Made by a program: the position numbers and the translations under genes
Notes under the pieces: generated by a model
Databases searched by the model: none
What the model saw: only the letters and a program-made list of their open reading frames with translations
What the model was told of the DNA's origin: nothing
Source of the DNA: Mobula hypostoma
Taxonomy: Eukaryota
Length of the DNA stretch: 64,000 bases
Reading direction: 5' to 3'
Assembly: GCF_963921235.1 (NCBI RefSeq)
Contig: NC_086108.1
Span: 108,998,001-109,062,000, forward strand
In this document: positions 25,113 through 37,244 of the stretch, piece after piece
Numbering within the stretch: the first letter of the stretch is position 1
Layout: the number at the start of each line of letters is the position of its first letter

Positions 25113-26305
25113 CTATTTATTTATTTAGCGATACAGTGTAGAGTTGTGCAATCCAGCCCTTCAAGCTTCGCTGTCCCGGCAACCCTCAATAAAGCTGATT
25201 AACCTTAACCTAATCACGGGCCAATTTACAAAGTCTTGCCATCTTCAGAAGTTTTCTGATGGCTCTGCCATAGTTGGATGCATCAGCAAGGGAGATGAGG
25301 CTGAGTACAGGGCTACGGTAGGAAACTTTGTCACATGGTGTGAGCAGAATTATCTGCAGCTTAATGTGAAAAAGACTAAGGAGCTGGTGGTAGACCTGAG
25401 GAGAGCTAAGGCACCGGTGACCCCTGTTTCCATCCAGGGGGTCAGTGTGGACATGGTGGAGGATTACAAATACCTGGGGATACGAATTGACAATAAACTG
25501 GACTGGTCAAAGAACACTGAGGCTGTCTACAAGAAGGGTCAGAGCTGTCTCTATTTCCTGAGGAGACTGAGGTCCTTTAACATCTACCGGATGATGCTGA
25601 GGATGTTCTACGAGTCTGTGGTGGCCAGTGCTATCATGTTTGCTGTTGTGTGCTAGGGCAGCAGGCTGAGGGTAGCAGACACCAACAGAATCAACAAGCT
25701 CATTCGTAAGGCTAGTGATGTTGTGGGCATGGAACAGGACTCTCTGACGGTGGTGTCTGAAAAGAGAATGCTGTCCAAATTGCATGCCATCTTGGACAAT
25801 GTCTCCCATCCACTACATAATGTACTGGGTGGGCACAGGAGTACATTCAGCCAGAGACTCATTCCACCGAGATGCAGCACAGAGCGTCATAGGAAGTCAT
25901 TCCTGCCTGTGGCCATCAAACTTTACAACTCCTCCCTTGGAGGGTCAGACACCCTGAGCCAATAGGCTGGTCCTGGACTTATTTCTATCTGACATAATTT
26001 ACATATTATTATTTAATTATTTATGGTTTTATATTGCTACATTTATACTCTATTCTTGCTTGGTGCAACTGTTACAAAACCCAATTTCCCTCGGGATCAA
26101 TAAAGTATGACTATGACTATGACTAACCTGCCTGGTATGTCTTTGGACTGTGAGTAGAAACCGGAGAAATTGGGGAAAACCTACACATTCTATGGGGAGG
26201 ATGTACAAAGACTCCTTACAGAACAGCACCAGAATTAAAATCCGAATTCCGGTATCCCCTGAGCTGTAATAGTGTCATGCTAACCACTACGCAACTGTGG
26301 CACCC
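25113..26305 (-). mobile_element. HE1-like V-SINE split by a Rex1/Babar insertion
   Basis: 3' part 25113-25230 (..ctaatcacgggccaatttacaa) resumes at 26125 (taacctg..gtctttggactgtg..ctaaccactacg). Confidence 0.75.
25230..26124 (+). mobile_element. Rex1/Babar LINE 3' fragment, second subfamily
   Basis: LQKFSDGSAIVGCI...LNVKKTKELVVD...YKYLG...LYFLRRLRSF; in-frame stop at 25654-25656; (ATGACT)n tail. Confidence 0.9.
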
Positions 26306-26768
26306 TTGCGAGGACATCACACTCAGCTCGCGTGATCTCTCCAACAACACTCAGGAAAGTTTAAGATACAATGCCAGAGATGACAACTGAAGTTTGGAAC
26401 CTTTCTTGGATGTGGAAGCCACCCTTGACAAATGGCCTCTGTAACGTGCTTGTCCCAGAAGGAAGAACGAGAGATAAATTGGGTGTACAGTCGGCCAAAC
26501 TTGGCAGTGAAATCGCTACAGAAGGCTATAATGTAGGAGCTAATGACTAGACACTTATAAACCCATAGAGATGATAAAGGACAGCAACACAGAATTTTTA
26601 AGTAAGTTGTGTCTGGGAAATTAATAAAAGAAAAAGCATTTATACTGCTCCTTTCACAACTTGATGTCATAGCGTGTTTTACAGGCAATTAGGTTCATTT
26701 TTAATTGGAAACATGGAGACCAACTTGTGGGCAGCAAGCTCAAATGAAAAGAAATGAGACTACAACCA

Positions 26769-27075
26769 CAAACGAGGAATTCTGCAGATGCTGGAAATTC
26801 AAGCAACACACATCAAAGTTGCTGGTGAACACAGCAGGCCAGGCAGCATTTCTAGGAAGAGGTACAGTCGATGTTTCGGGCCGAGACCCTTTGTCAGGAC
26901 AAACTGAAGGAAGAGCTAGTATGAGATTTGAAAGTGGGAGGGGGAGGGAAATCTCTTACTAGCTCTTCCTTCAGTTAGTCCTGACGAAGGGTCTCGGCCC
27001 GAAACGTCGACTGTACCTCTTCCTAGAGATGCTGCCTGGCCTGCTGCGTTCACCAGCAACTTTGATGTATGTTGC
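26769..27075. mobile_element. Self-inverted PLE mini-insertion with 14-bp TSD
   Basis: Arms about 26803-26929 and 26949-27075; tgagactacaacca (26755-26768) / tgagattacaacca (27076-27089). Confidence 0.9.
26977..27012 (+). ncRNA. Minimal type-I hammerhead ribozyme motif (PLE-associated), intact copy
   Basis: AGTC-CTGACGA-A-GGG(TCTCGG)CCC-GAAA-CGTC-GACT: conserved core, helix I AGTC/GACT, helix II GGG/CCC, palindromic ACGT helix III, GUC triplet ending at 27008. Confidence 0.75.
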
Positions 27076-27269
27076 TGAGATTACAACCAAATTATTTTGG
27101 TGACTCCCCACTTCCATTCCAGTCCCAATGAAGGATCTCAGCCTGAAACATCGACTGTCCATTTCTCTCCATTGATGCTACCAGACCTGCTGAGTTCCTC
27201 CAGCATTTTACCAGAGAATATAGAACAGAGAACAGTACAATACAGTACAGGGGCTTCGACCCATGACGT

Positions 27270-27590
27270 TATTTATTTATTTATTTATTTATTGATTGAT
27301 TGATTGATTGATTGAGCTATGCCGTGGAATAGGCCCTTCCGGCCCTTTGAACTGCTACATCCAGCAATCCTCCAATTTAATCCGAGCCTAATCATGGGAC
27401 ATTTTACAACGGCCAATTAGCCTTCTAACCGGTAGGTCTTTGTACTGTGGGGGGGGGGGAAACAGGAGCACCTGGAGGAAACCCATGAAGTCACTGGGAG
27501 AACGTACAAACTCCTTGCAGACAGCGGTAGGAATTGAACCCAGTTCACCTGTACTGTAAAACATTCCGCTAACCATGACACTACCGTGCT
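27270..27590 (-). mobile_element. HE1-like V-SINE
   Basis: (TTTA)n/(TTGA)n tail, V-domain ggagcacctggaggaaacccatg..gggagaacgtacaaactcc, tRNA-like head ggaattgaaccc..gctaaccatgacactaccgtgc. Confidence 0.85.
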
Positions 27591-27654
27591 GTCCACATAG
27601 AATATGGAATATAGTATGCTACAGCACAGTACAGGCCCTGCAGCCCACAATGAT

Positions 27655-27930
27655 GTTTATTTAATTAGTTAATTTAGTTAGCGATACAGTGTGGAGCAGG
27701 TCCTTCCGACCTTTTGAGTTACCCTCTGATTTAACCGCAGCCTACACATAGGACAATTTACAATGACCAATTAACCAGTCTTTGGACAGTGAGGGAAAAC
27801 TGGAACATCCAAGGAAACACACTCACACACAGGAAAGACGTGGGACGTGCTTACAGAGGAAGCTAGAATTGAACTCCGAACTCTGATGCCCTGAGCTGCG
27901 ATAACATCGGGCTATCTGCCGCACTACCAT
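27655..27930 (-). mobile_element. HE1-like V-SINE, decayed
   Basis: ggacaatttacaatgaccaattaacc..gtctttggac.. shared with other copies. Confidence 0.75.
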
Positions 27931-28199
27931 GTGCCTGTGCCAGCCTTTTAATCTAGTCCAAGATCTCTCCAGTCCTTCCCTCCTACATATCCCTCCATTT
28001 TCCTATCGTCCATGTGCCTATTTTGTGTGTGTTAAGCGAATTTTCTCTGTGCGGCTGATTGGAGGATACAAGTCTGCCCTAGGCACCGGGAATGGAGGGG
28101 GGATTAGGTTGGGTTTATTTTTCCTGGTAAGAAGCATACTGAGGAGTAACTGGACAGAAATATATTAGATTACGACAGGTTCAGATAGGGTAAAAAAAA

Positions 28200-28550
28200 A
28201 TCCCTCCCCCTGCCTTCTTCCTCTATTCCCCACTCTGACCTTTTACCTCTTCTCATCTGCCTATCACCTTCCCCTAGTGCCACACCTCCTTCTCTTTCTC
28301 CATGGTCCACTCTCCTCTCCTATCAACTTCCTTCCACTCCAGCTCTTTACCTTTCCCACCCATCTGGTTTCACCTATCACCTTCCAACAAGCCTCCTTCC
28401 CTTCACCTCACCTTTTTATTCTGGCGCCTTCCCCTTTCATTCTCAGTCGTGAAGAAGGGTTTTGGCCCAAAACATCACCTATCCATCTATTCATTACCAT
28501 AGATGCTGCCTGACCTGCTGAGTTCCTCCAGCATTTGGTGTGTGCTGCTT
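28200..28550 (+). mobile_element. PLE 3' UTR and terminal-repeat fragment
   Basis: Pyrimidine-rich UTR, degenerate core cagtcgtgaagaagggttttggcccaaaacatc, then gatgctgcctgacctgctgagttcctccagca. Confidence 0.7.
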
Positions 28551-29389
28551 CAGAATGGGTAGATTACTTTTCCCCTATGGTGGGAGTACCAAAAGCAAGA
28601 GGGCACAATTTGAAGGGATTAGAAGAGGGTATGAAGGGAAAGTTTATTACACTGAGGGTGGATGATGCATGGAACCCTCTACCTGCGGAGGTGTTGGAAT
28701 CAGACACAATCATTACAGACACGGTGTCATTGAGTTCTGCTGCTCAAAAACAGGCCCTTCAGTCCATCTGGGCCATTCTGACCCAGTCTTCGCATGAATC
28801 CGATAAACATGCCCTCCGCATATCCTAAAATTGTGTTGGCTATTGACATAAACGACACATTTAATTTGTGCTTCCATGTGCATGTGATAAATAAATTAGT
28901 CCGAATCGGAATCTAAAGCTGACGAAGGTTCAAGTACAAGAGAGAATCTTCTGACACAGAGCGAGGATACAAATTGGAACAGGTTACCTGTAAGGATTAG
29001 CAAACAGACCACAGATCAATTTCCCTCGGGATCAGTGAAGTATGACTATGACTATGAGGACGAGCTCAGCAGGGTCAGGCAGCATCTATGGAGGGTAGTG
29101 GACAGTTGACGTTTCAGGTCAAGACCTGGAAGTGTCTTGGAGAAAGTGGAAGGACTCGAAAGAGAAGTCGTTCAGAGTAAGTAAGCACAAGTTCTAGGAA
29201 CAACTGCACTGCATAGACTGTCCAGTTCCCGTCACAATGCTGCCTGTCCCACTGATTTCCTCCAGCGTCATGTAAGTCACTCCAGATTCCAGTATCTGTC
29301 TCTCTCGTATCTGCCTGTAAGGACCAAGCCAAGAATAGACAGGTATTTGAAGGACAATGATTTTCAGGGCTAAGGGTAAGTAATAGATT

Positions 29390-31665
29390 TATAAAGTCAT
29401 AGAATATAACACCACAGAAACAGGCCCTTCAGCCCATCTAGTCTATGCCAGACTGTTATTCTACCTAGTCCAATTGATCCGCACCTGGACCACAGCCCTC
29501 CATATCCTTCACATTCATTTATCTATCCAAACGTCACTTAAATGTTACAATTGAAGCTGCAAATATTACCTCCCCCGGCAGCTCCTTCCACACTCACACT
29601 GCCCTCACCCTCTGAATGAAGAAGTTCTCCCTCAGGTTCCCCTTAAATATTTCATTTTTCACCCTTAACCCATGACCTCCATTTCTAGTCTCACCCAACG
29701 TCAATGAGAAAAGTCTGCTTGCATTTACCCTGTCAATACAATTCTTACCTCTATTAAACCTCTCCTACACTGAGAGAGTAAAGTTCCAACTTATTCAGCC
29801 TATCTATAACACATCCTAAAGTCCCAGCAACATCCTAGTTAATTTCCGCTGCACTCTTTCAATCTTACTGGTACCTTTATTATAGGTAGGTGACCGGAGC
29901 ATTACACAATACTCCCGCTTTGCTCACTTTGAAAGGGAGAACACAATTACAGCTGTGAAGATCCCTGCGGCACCTGCTGACCCTGTCACCTCTGTCTCAG
30001 AGGCCAATATTAGACTGCCTTTAAAGAGACTGAACCCTCGCAAGGCAGAAGGTCCCGATGGAGTACCTGGTAAGTCTCTGAAAACCTGTGCCAACCAACT
30101 GGTAGGAGTACTCAAGGACATTTTCACCTCTCACGGCTATGGGCGGAAGTTCACACTTGTTTCAAAAAGGCAAAATTATACCAGTACCTAAGAAGAATAA
30201 TGTGAGCTGCCTTAATGACTATTGCCCGGTAGCACTCACATCTACAGTGATGAAATGCTTTGAGAGGTTGGTCATGACTAGACTGAACTCCTGCCTCAGC
30301 AAGGACCTGGACCCATTGCAATTTGCCCATCGTCACAATAGGTCAATGGCAGATGCAATCTTAATTGGTTCTTCACATGGATTTAGACCATCTGGACAAC
30401 ACGAACACCGATGTCTGGATGCTGTTCATCGACTATAGCTCAGCATTTAATACCATCATTCCCACAATCCTGATTGAGCAGTTGCTGAACTTGTGCCTCT
30501 GTTCCTCCCTCTGCAATTGGATCCTCGAATTCCTAACCAGAAGACCACAGTCTGTGCGAATTGGTGATAACATCTCCTCCTCGCTGACAATCAACACTGG
30601 TGCACCTCAGGGGTGTGTGCTTAGCCCACTGCTCTACTCTCTATATACCTATGACTGTGCGGCTAGGCATAGCTCAAATAGTATCTGTAAATTTGCTGAC
30701 GATATAATCATTGTGGTAGAATCTCAGGTGGTGACAAGAGGGCATATTGGAGTGAGATATGCCAACTAGTGGAGTGGTGTCGCAGCAACAACCTGGCACT
30801 CAATGTCAGTAAGATGAAAGAGCTGATTGTGGACTTCCAGAAGGGCAAGACAAAGGAACACATACCAATCCTCATAGAGGGATCAGAAGCGGAGAGAGTG
30901 AGCAGTTTCAAGTTCTTGAGTGTCAAGATCTCTGAGGATCTAACCTGGTCCAAACATATAGATGCAGTTATAAAGAAGGCAAGACAGCGGCTACACTTCA
31001 TTAGGAGTTTGAAGAGATTTGGTACACTCAAGAACTTCTATAGTTGTACCATGGAGAGCATTCTGACAGGATGCATCACTCTCTGGTATGGAGGGTAGGG
31101 GCTACTGCACAGGACAGAAAGAAGTTGCAGAGGGTTGTAAATTTAGTCAGCTCCATCTTGCGTACTAGCCTACAAAGTACCCAGGACATCTTCAAGGAGC
31201 AGTGTCTCAGAAAGGCAGCATTAATCATTAATGACCTCCAGCACCCAGGGCATGCCCTTTTCTCACTGTTACCATCAGGTAGGAGATACAGAAGCCTGAA
31301 GGCACACACTCAGTGATTCAGGAACAGCTTCTTCCCCTCTGCAATCCAATTCCTAAATGGACATTGAACCCTTGGACACTCAGTTTTTTAATATATAGTA
31401 TTTCCAGTTTTTTGGATGTTTTTTAATCTATTCATTATACGTATACTGTAATTGACTTAATTATTTATTTATCATTATTATTATTATTTTATTTTATTTT
31501 CTTCTAAATTATGTATTGCATTGAACAGCTGCTACTGTTAACAAATTTTATGTCACATGCCGGTGATAATAAACCTGATTCTGATTCTGATTCTGATTCT
31601 GAAATTTGACCTTACTAACGTCTTATACAACTTCAACAAAACATCCCAACTCCTGTACTCAATAA
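29390..31665 (-). mobile_element. CR1 3' fragment split by a Rex1/Babar insertion
   Basis: 29390-29915 parallels 51550-52080 up to acacaatactcc and resumes at about 31602 (aaatttgaccttactaacgtcttatacaac). Confidence 0.75.
29916..31601 (+). mobile_element. Rex1/Babar LINE relic, frameshifted RT
   Basis: [42 protein letters not shown] across several frames; (ATTCTG)n tail. Confidence 0.93.
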
Positions 31666-31959
31666 CACAAGAGATTCTGCTGAGTCTGGAAATCTAGAAC
31701 AACCCAGACACAATGCTGGAGGAAGTCAGCAGGTCAGGCAACATCTATGGAGAAGAATAAAAGTTGATAATATTTCGGTTGAGACCCTTCATCAAAACTC
31801 AATCCTGTGCTGAGGATTGGGACTTTGATTTGTCAAAGCCAATGCTCCAGAAAGAAAAAAAGAAATGGGACTGACAAAATTTCTCTATCTGGGGCTGGCA
31901 TGAATATCGATGGGCTGAACAGCCACTCCATATTTTATGAACCTTCCATTAAAGTACAC

Positions 31960-32215
31960 ATTGGTGTTGATATTGATATTAGTGTTGGTAATAGTATTGG
32001 CATTGGTATTGATATTGGTATTGGTTTTGGAATTGTTGATATTGGTATGGCTATTGATATTGTTATTGGTATTGTTGTTGATATTGGCATTGATATTGAT
32101 ATTAATATTGGCATTAATATTGCTATTACTATTGCTATTGATGTTGATATTGGTATTGATATTGATACTGATATAGATATTGGTATTGATATTGATATTG
32201 ATATTGGTTTTGATT
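31960..32215 (+). repeat. (ATTGAT/ATTGGT)n hexamer microsatellite
   Basis: Degenerate hexamer run adjoining a repeat tail (tttattattgtcacatg); source of spurious IDIGI ORFs. Confidence 0.92.
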
Positions 32216-33457
32216 TATTATTGTCACATGTACCAAGGTACAGTGAAAAACTTGTCTTCATACTGTTTCTACAGATCAGATCATTACACAGTGCATTGAG
32301 GTAGAACAAGCTAAAACAATAACAGAATGCAAAATAAATTGTAACAGTTGCAGAGAACGTGCAGTGCAGGTAGACAATAATGAGGTCGATTGTGAGGTGT
32401 AGTTTCCATCTTAGAACTTTATCATCCAGTTCTAGATGTTCAAAGTTCTAAAAGTTCCAAGTAAATTTATCATCAATGTATATGTATGTCACCATATACT
32501 ACCCTGAGATTCATGTTCTTGCAGGCATTCACAGTAGAACAAAGAAGTATAATAGAATCACTGAGAAACTACACACAAACACTGAAACACATCCTACGTA
32601 CAAAAGAAGATGAACTGTGCAAATACAAAAGGAATGAAATAATAATACATAGGTAATTGAATAATACTGAGAACACGAGTTGCAGACTCCATCAAAGTGA
32701 GTCCATAGGTTGTGTTCAGTGTTGAGGCTAGTGAGTTAGTCACGCTGGTTCAGAAGCCTGATAGTTGCAGGGTAATTACTGTCCCTGATCCTGGTGATGT
32801 GGGACCTAAGGCTCCTGTACCATTTCCTGAGTAACAGTGACAAGACAGCATGTCTCATCATGGGAAATATTTCTTTTGTACTCAACTTATCTATGCCCCT
32901 TATTATTTGGTATAGCTCTAGCAGGTCTCTCTCAGCCTCCTCAATGAGGTTAAGTTCACAAGATTGGAAATATTGGTACGAGAATGGAACTTGGAAGTGG
33001 CGATGTGAGCTGCAGAGATTTTTGCAGCTGAAGTCAGTCTTTATTTGTAATGTTTCACCCTTTTGAAAGAGGAAGAGTTTTATGTGGAATGGAAATTGGG
33101 AACTCAGGTCCAAGACTATTAAGCTCACTGATAGTGACTGTGCAAGTAGGTAGGTCAGTAAAGAAGGTGGATTGCATTCTTGTCTTCATTGTTCACGGCA
33201 GAAGATTAAAGAAGTCATGTTGCAGTTATATGATATTTTTATGAACTGTACTTGGAGTACTGTGTCCAGTTTACGTCACCCCATTTCAGGAAGGATGTGA
33301 AGACTTTGGAGAGGGTCCAGATGAGGTTCTCCAGGAAGCTGCCTGGGTAGAGGCTACAAAAACATGGTAGACAAACTGGGGTTGCATTCTGTGGAGTGGT
33401 GGAGGCTGAGGAGAGACCTAATAACAGTTTATAAGATTATGAGAAGCAGGCATAAGA

Positions 33458-33832
33458 TCATTCGTTCATTATGTGCCATGTCATATGATGTAGGATATCA
33501 TGTTCTTCCATAACCATGAAAGTTCTTGGTAATTTTTTCTAAGAAGTGATTTGCCATTATCTTCTTCTGGGCAGTGTCTTTACAAGATGGGTGATCCCTG
33601 TCATTATCAATACTCTTCAGAGGTTGTCTGCCTGGAAACAGTGGTCACATAACCAGGACTTGTGATATGTCCTGGTTATAAGACCGTCCACCACCTGCTC
33701 CCATGGCTTCACATGATCGTGATTGGGGGTGGGGGGGGGAGGTGCTAAGCTGGTGCTACACTTTGCCCAAGGGTGACCTGCAGGCTAGCGGAGGGAAGGA
33801 GCGCCTTACACCTCCTTTAGTAGAGACGTATC
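33458..33832 (-). mobile_element. RTE-related SINE-like element, copy 3, inside a decayed CR1 3' end
   Basis: Reverse complement aligns with 15073-15426 and 22627-22997. Confidence 0.75.
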
Positions 33833-34689
33833 TGTGCAGCAGATTTGACAGCAGAGTTTAAGAGGCTGTTAGGCAGACAGATGGATACACAGGGAATGGA
33901 GGGATATTGATCAGGAGCAGGAGGAAGAGATTTAGTTTAATTCAGAATCATGTTCAGTTCAGATGCCGCGGGTTGATTGGTCTGTTCCTGTGCTAAACTA
34001 TTCTATGTTTTATGTTCCATGTTAAAATTGTCAACGTGTACAATCAGAGTCTTCCCTTGCTATAGAAGAGGTGCACAGCATTGAAACTCTTGGATCATAA
34101 AGATTCACACCATATAATTCTGCAAGTCCTGTGCTACTTCATCTCCTGATAGTCTACGCTTCCTCAAAAGAAGGGAATGGGAACATAAAGACTTTGATAT
34201 GCCATTAGACCACCAACAATTAGACAGCTCATACAGAACTTAAAGAACTAAGGGTTAGATACATTTTTGACAAGCGGCATCAAAGCACAACAGAGTTAAA
34301 GTTAAATTGAAATAAAGAAGACAGTTCTCCTCAAACTTTGGAAACCTTTTGGGCCATTACAGTTCAAGGGGTCATGAAAAGTTTGCAGTGAAAGCTGGAA
34401 TGGAAATAAAGCCATAGTTTGGAGTCAAATGCAATGGATGTGAATTCCTACCAGATTGAAGCAGGGTCAGAGAGAGTCAAGTGTGCCGGGGAAGATTAGC
34501 TGAGAGCAACCTCAGAATAATTGACTGATACAGTGATTCTGACAATCCGGTACAGAATTTAAATTGCTCTGGGGCATGCAGTCAGCACGGGGCGCTGAAG
34601 TTCGCTCTCAAAACAGGGGAAAAAACAAATAAAACTTTGTATATGTTCCTGCCACTTGTTCACCGGATGACTGCTATGACCGAAACTCT

Positions 34690-35570
34690 TGAACATACAG
34701 CATTACAGCACAGTGCAGGCCCTTCGGCCCAAGATCAATCCAACCCTTCTTTCCCACACAATCCTCCATTTTTCTCTCAATCATGTGCCTAAGAGTTTCT
34801 TAAATGTCCCTCATGTATCTGCCTCAACCCCCATATCTGACAGCGCATATTATACACCCACCACTCTCTGCGTAAAAGAACTTACCTCTGACATCTCCCC
34901 CATATACTTTCCTCCAATCACCTTAAAATTAGGTCTGTTCACAGTAGCCGTTTCTGCCCTGGAACAAAGTCTCTGTCTGTCTACTCTACATCAAAATTCC
35001 TCTTATCATCTTGTAAACTTTATCAACTCATCTCTTATCCTCCTTTGCTCCAAAGAGGAAAGCACGAGTTTGCTCCATCTATCCTCATTCTGTAATCTTT
35101 TCTGTATCCCCTCTCATTCCTCCACGTGAGGCATCAGAACTGAACACAACATTCCAAGTGTGGTCTAACCAGAGTTTTATAGAGCTACAATATTACTTTT
35201 TAGTTCTTGAAATCAATGCCCAGACTAATGAAGGCCAAAACACCATAAGCCTCAATAGCGTGGCAAATTTGAGGGGCCTATGAACCCAAAGATCTCTTTT
35301 CCTTCACATGGTTAAGTATCCTACCATTAACCATCTACTCTGCTTTCAAGTTTGACCTTCCAAAAGGAATCACTTGACACTTTTCCAGATTTAACTCCAG
35401 CTGCCACTTCTCAGCCCAGCTCCGCATCCGATCAATACCCTGTTGTAACCTATGACAGCTTTCGACACTGTCCACAGTACCGCCACGTTCATGTTGTCTG
35501 CCAACTTCCACTTCCTGATACATCATTTATAAAAATCACAAAGAGCAGGGGTCCCAGAACAAATCCAATA
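34690..35570 (-). mobile_element. Decayed CR1 fragment
   Basis: Minus ORF LQQGIDRMRSWAEKWQLELNLEKCQVI; CR1 tail at about 34700. Confidence 0.8.
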
Positions 35571-35902
35571 TGAGAAGAAAAGATGGTGGTGACAATGTGA
35601 GGATGAATTTTCTTCATGCTATTTTTTAATCATTTTATTTCAGATGGAGATACAGTGTGGAATAAGCCCTTCCTGCCCAACGAGCCACGCTACCCAACAA
35701 CCCACATATTTAACCTTAGTCTAATCATAGGACAATTTACAATGACCAATTAACCTACTAACTACTAGCTTCATGTGGGACGCGGTCAGAATCTGGGACG
35801 CACTGCCTGTAAGCAGAAGAAGCATGAAATATGAAAACTTTCATGGTGAACACTTGATTTGCCATGACAATGAAGGCTCCAATCAAAGTTCTGGTAAATA
35901 TA

Positions 35903-36172
35903 TTTATTGATTGAGATACAGCACGGAGTAGGCCCTTCTGGCCCTTTGAGCCATGAAGCCCAGCAGTACTGTACCCTAATTTAATCCTAGCCTAATCACA
36001 GGGCAATTTACAATGACCGACTAACCTAGTGACCGAAAGTCTTTGGACTGTGGGAGGAAACTGGAGCACTTGGAGGAAACACACAAATTCCATAGGGAGA
36101 ACATACCTCATTATAGACGGTACTGGAATTGAACCTGGGTCACTGGCACTGTAAAGCATTGTGCTACTATGC
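35903..36172 (-). mobile_element. HE1-like V-SINE
   Basis: gtctttggactgtgggaggaaactggagcac..ggaattgaacctgggtcactggcactgtaaagc. Confidence 0.8.
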
Positions 36173-36267
36173 TTCTCCATGGGATTAATCTGGATGGTTG
36201 GTATGTACGTCTTTGGCTCAAGGGCCTGTTTCTGTCCTCTATGACTCTAACTGAAAGGATTACCAGA

Positions 36268-36545
36268 AGGCACGGTAGTGTAGTGGCCAGCATTTTGATT
36301 TATAGCACCAGTGACCTGGATTCAATTCCTGCCACTGTCTGTAAGGAGTTTATACATTCTTCCCGTAACTACGTAGGTTTCCTCCAAGTGCTCCAGTTTC
36401 CTCCCACATTGCAAAGACAAACAGACTATGGTTAGTAAGTTGAGGGCATATTTTGTTGGCATCCTTGGACTGTGTTGGTTGTTGATGCAAATAATACATT
36501 TCATTGTATATTTCCATGTTTCAGTGTACATGTGACAAATAAAGC
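36268..36545 (+). mobile_element. HE1-like V-SINE variant with a different 3' tail
   Basis: ggcacggtagtgtagtgg..ggattcaattcctgccactgtctgtaaggagttt..gtgctccagtttcctcccac; tail catgtgacaaataaagc. Confidence 0.75.
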
Positions 36546-37244
36546 ACATTTTTATCATTATCTACTGATTTTCAAGAATGACAAGCAAAATGCTGGACGA
36601 GCTCAGCTAGTCGAGCAGCATCTGTGGGGGAAGAGGAATTTTAACACTAGATTGAGATTCTTTCCCCACCACCTCCCCAACACATCCTGCTCAACCCAAG
36701 TGTTGGGAATGGCACCGAACACTGGCCACTGCCGCTTACAATCATTTCCTGAGATTTTTCACTCTAGGTTCCTGTCTCACTTGTGTCTCCATTGATTGGT
36801 ATTGGAATTGGTTTATTATTGTCACATGTAATGAGATACAGTAAAAGGCTTGTCTTGCATCCTGTTCATTCAGATCAGATCATTACAGTGCAAGTGAGGT
36901 AGAACAAGATAAAACAATAACAATACAGAATAAAGTGTAACAGCTACAGAGAATATGCAGTGCAGGGAAATGTTAAAGTGCGAAATCATAATGAGGTAGA
37001 TGGTGAAGTCAAGTATCCATTTTATCGTTTGAGAGGTCCGTTCAATAGTCTGATAACAGTGGGTTAGTAGTTGTCCTTGAATATGGTGGTGTGTGCTTTC
37101 AGGCTTTTGTATCTTCTGCCCAATGGAAGAAGGGAGAAGAGAGACTGTTTGGGGTTAGGAGGTACTCTTGTGAGTAACGATTCAGCACAGTATCATGTTT
37201 AATTGGCCCGGTCCCTCAGATACTATACAGTGAGAGTAATAAGT

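Larger units (their letters stand above)
26636..27102 (-). mobile_element. Ancient DeuSINE (SacSINE1/AmnSINE-like) remnant split by a PLE mini-insertion
   Basis: gcatttatactgctcctttcac...gcgtgttttacaggcaat...ggaaacatggagaccaacttgtgggcagcaagctc...aatgaga resembles the recalled reverse complement of the Deu domain and tail. Confidence 0.5.

Noticed and set aside
31807..32309. IDIGI-repeat ORFs
   Set aside because: Translation of a hexamer repeat.
36268..36340. tRNA gene
   Set aside because: tRNA-like head runs directly into a V-SINE core, so it is a SINE head.
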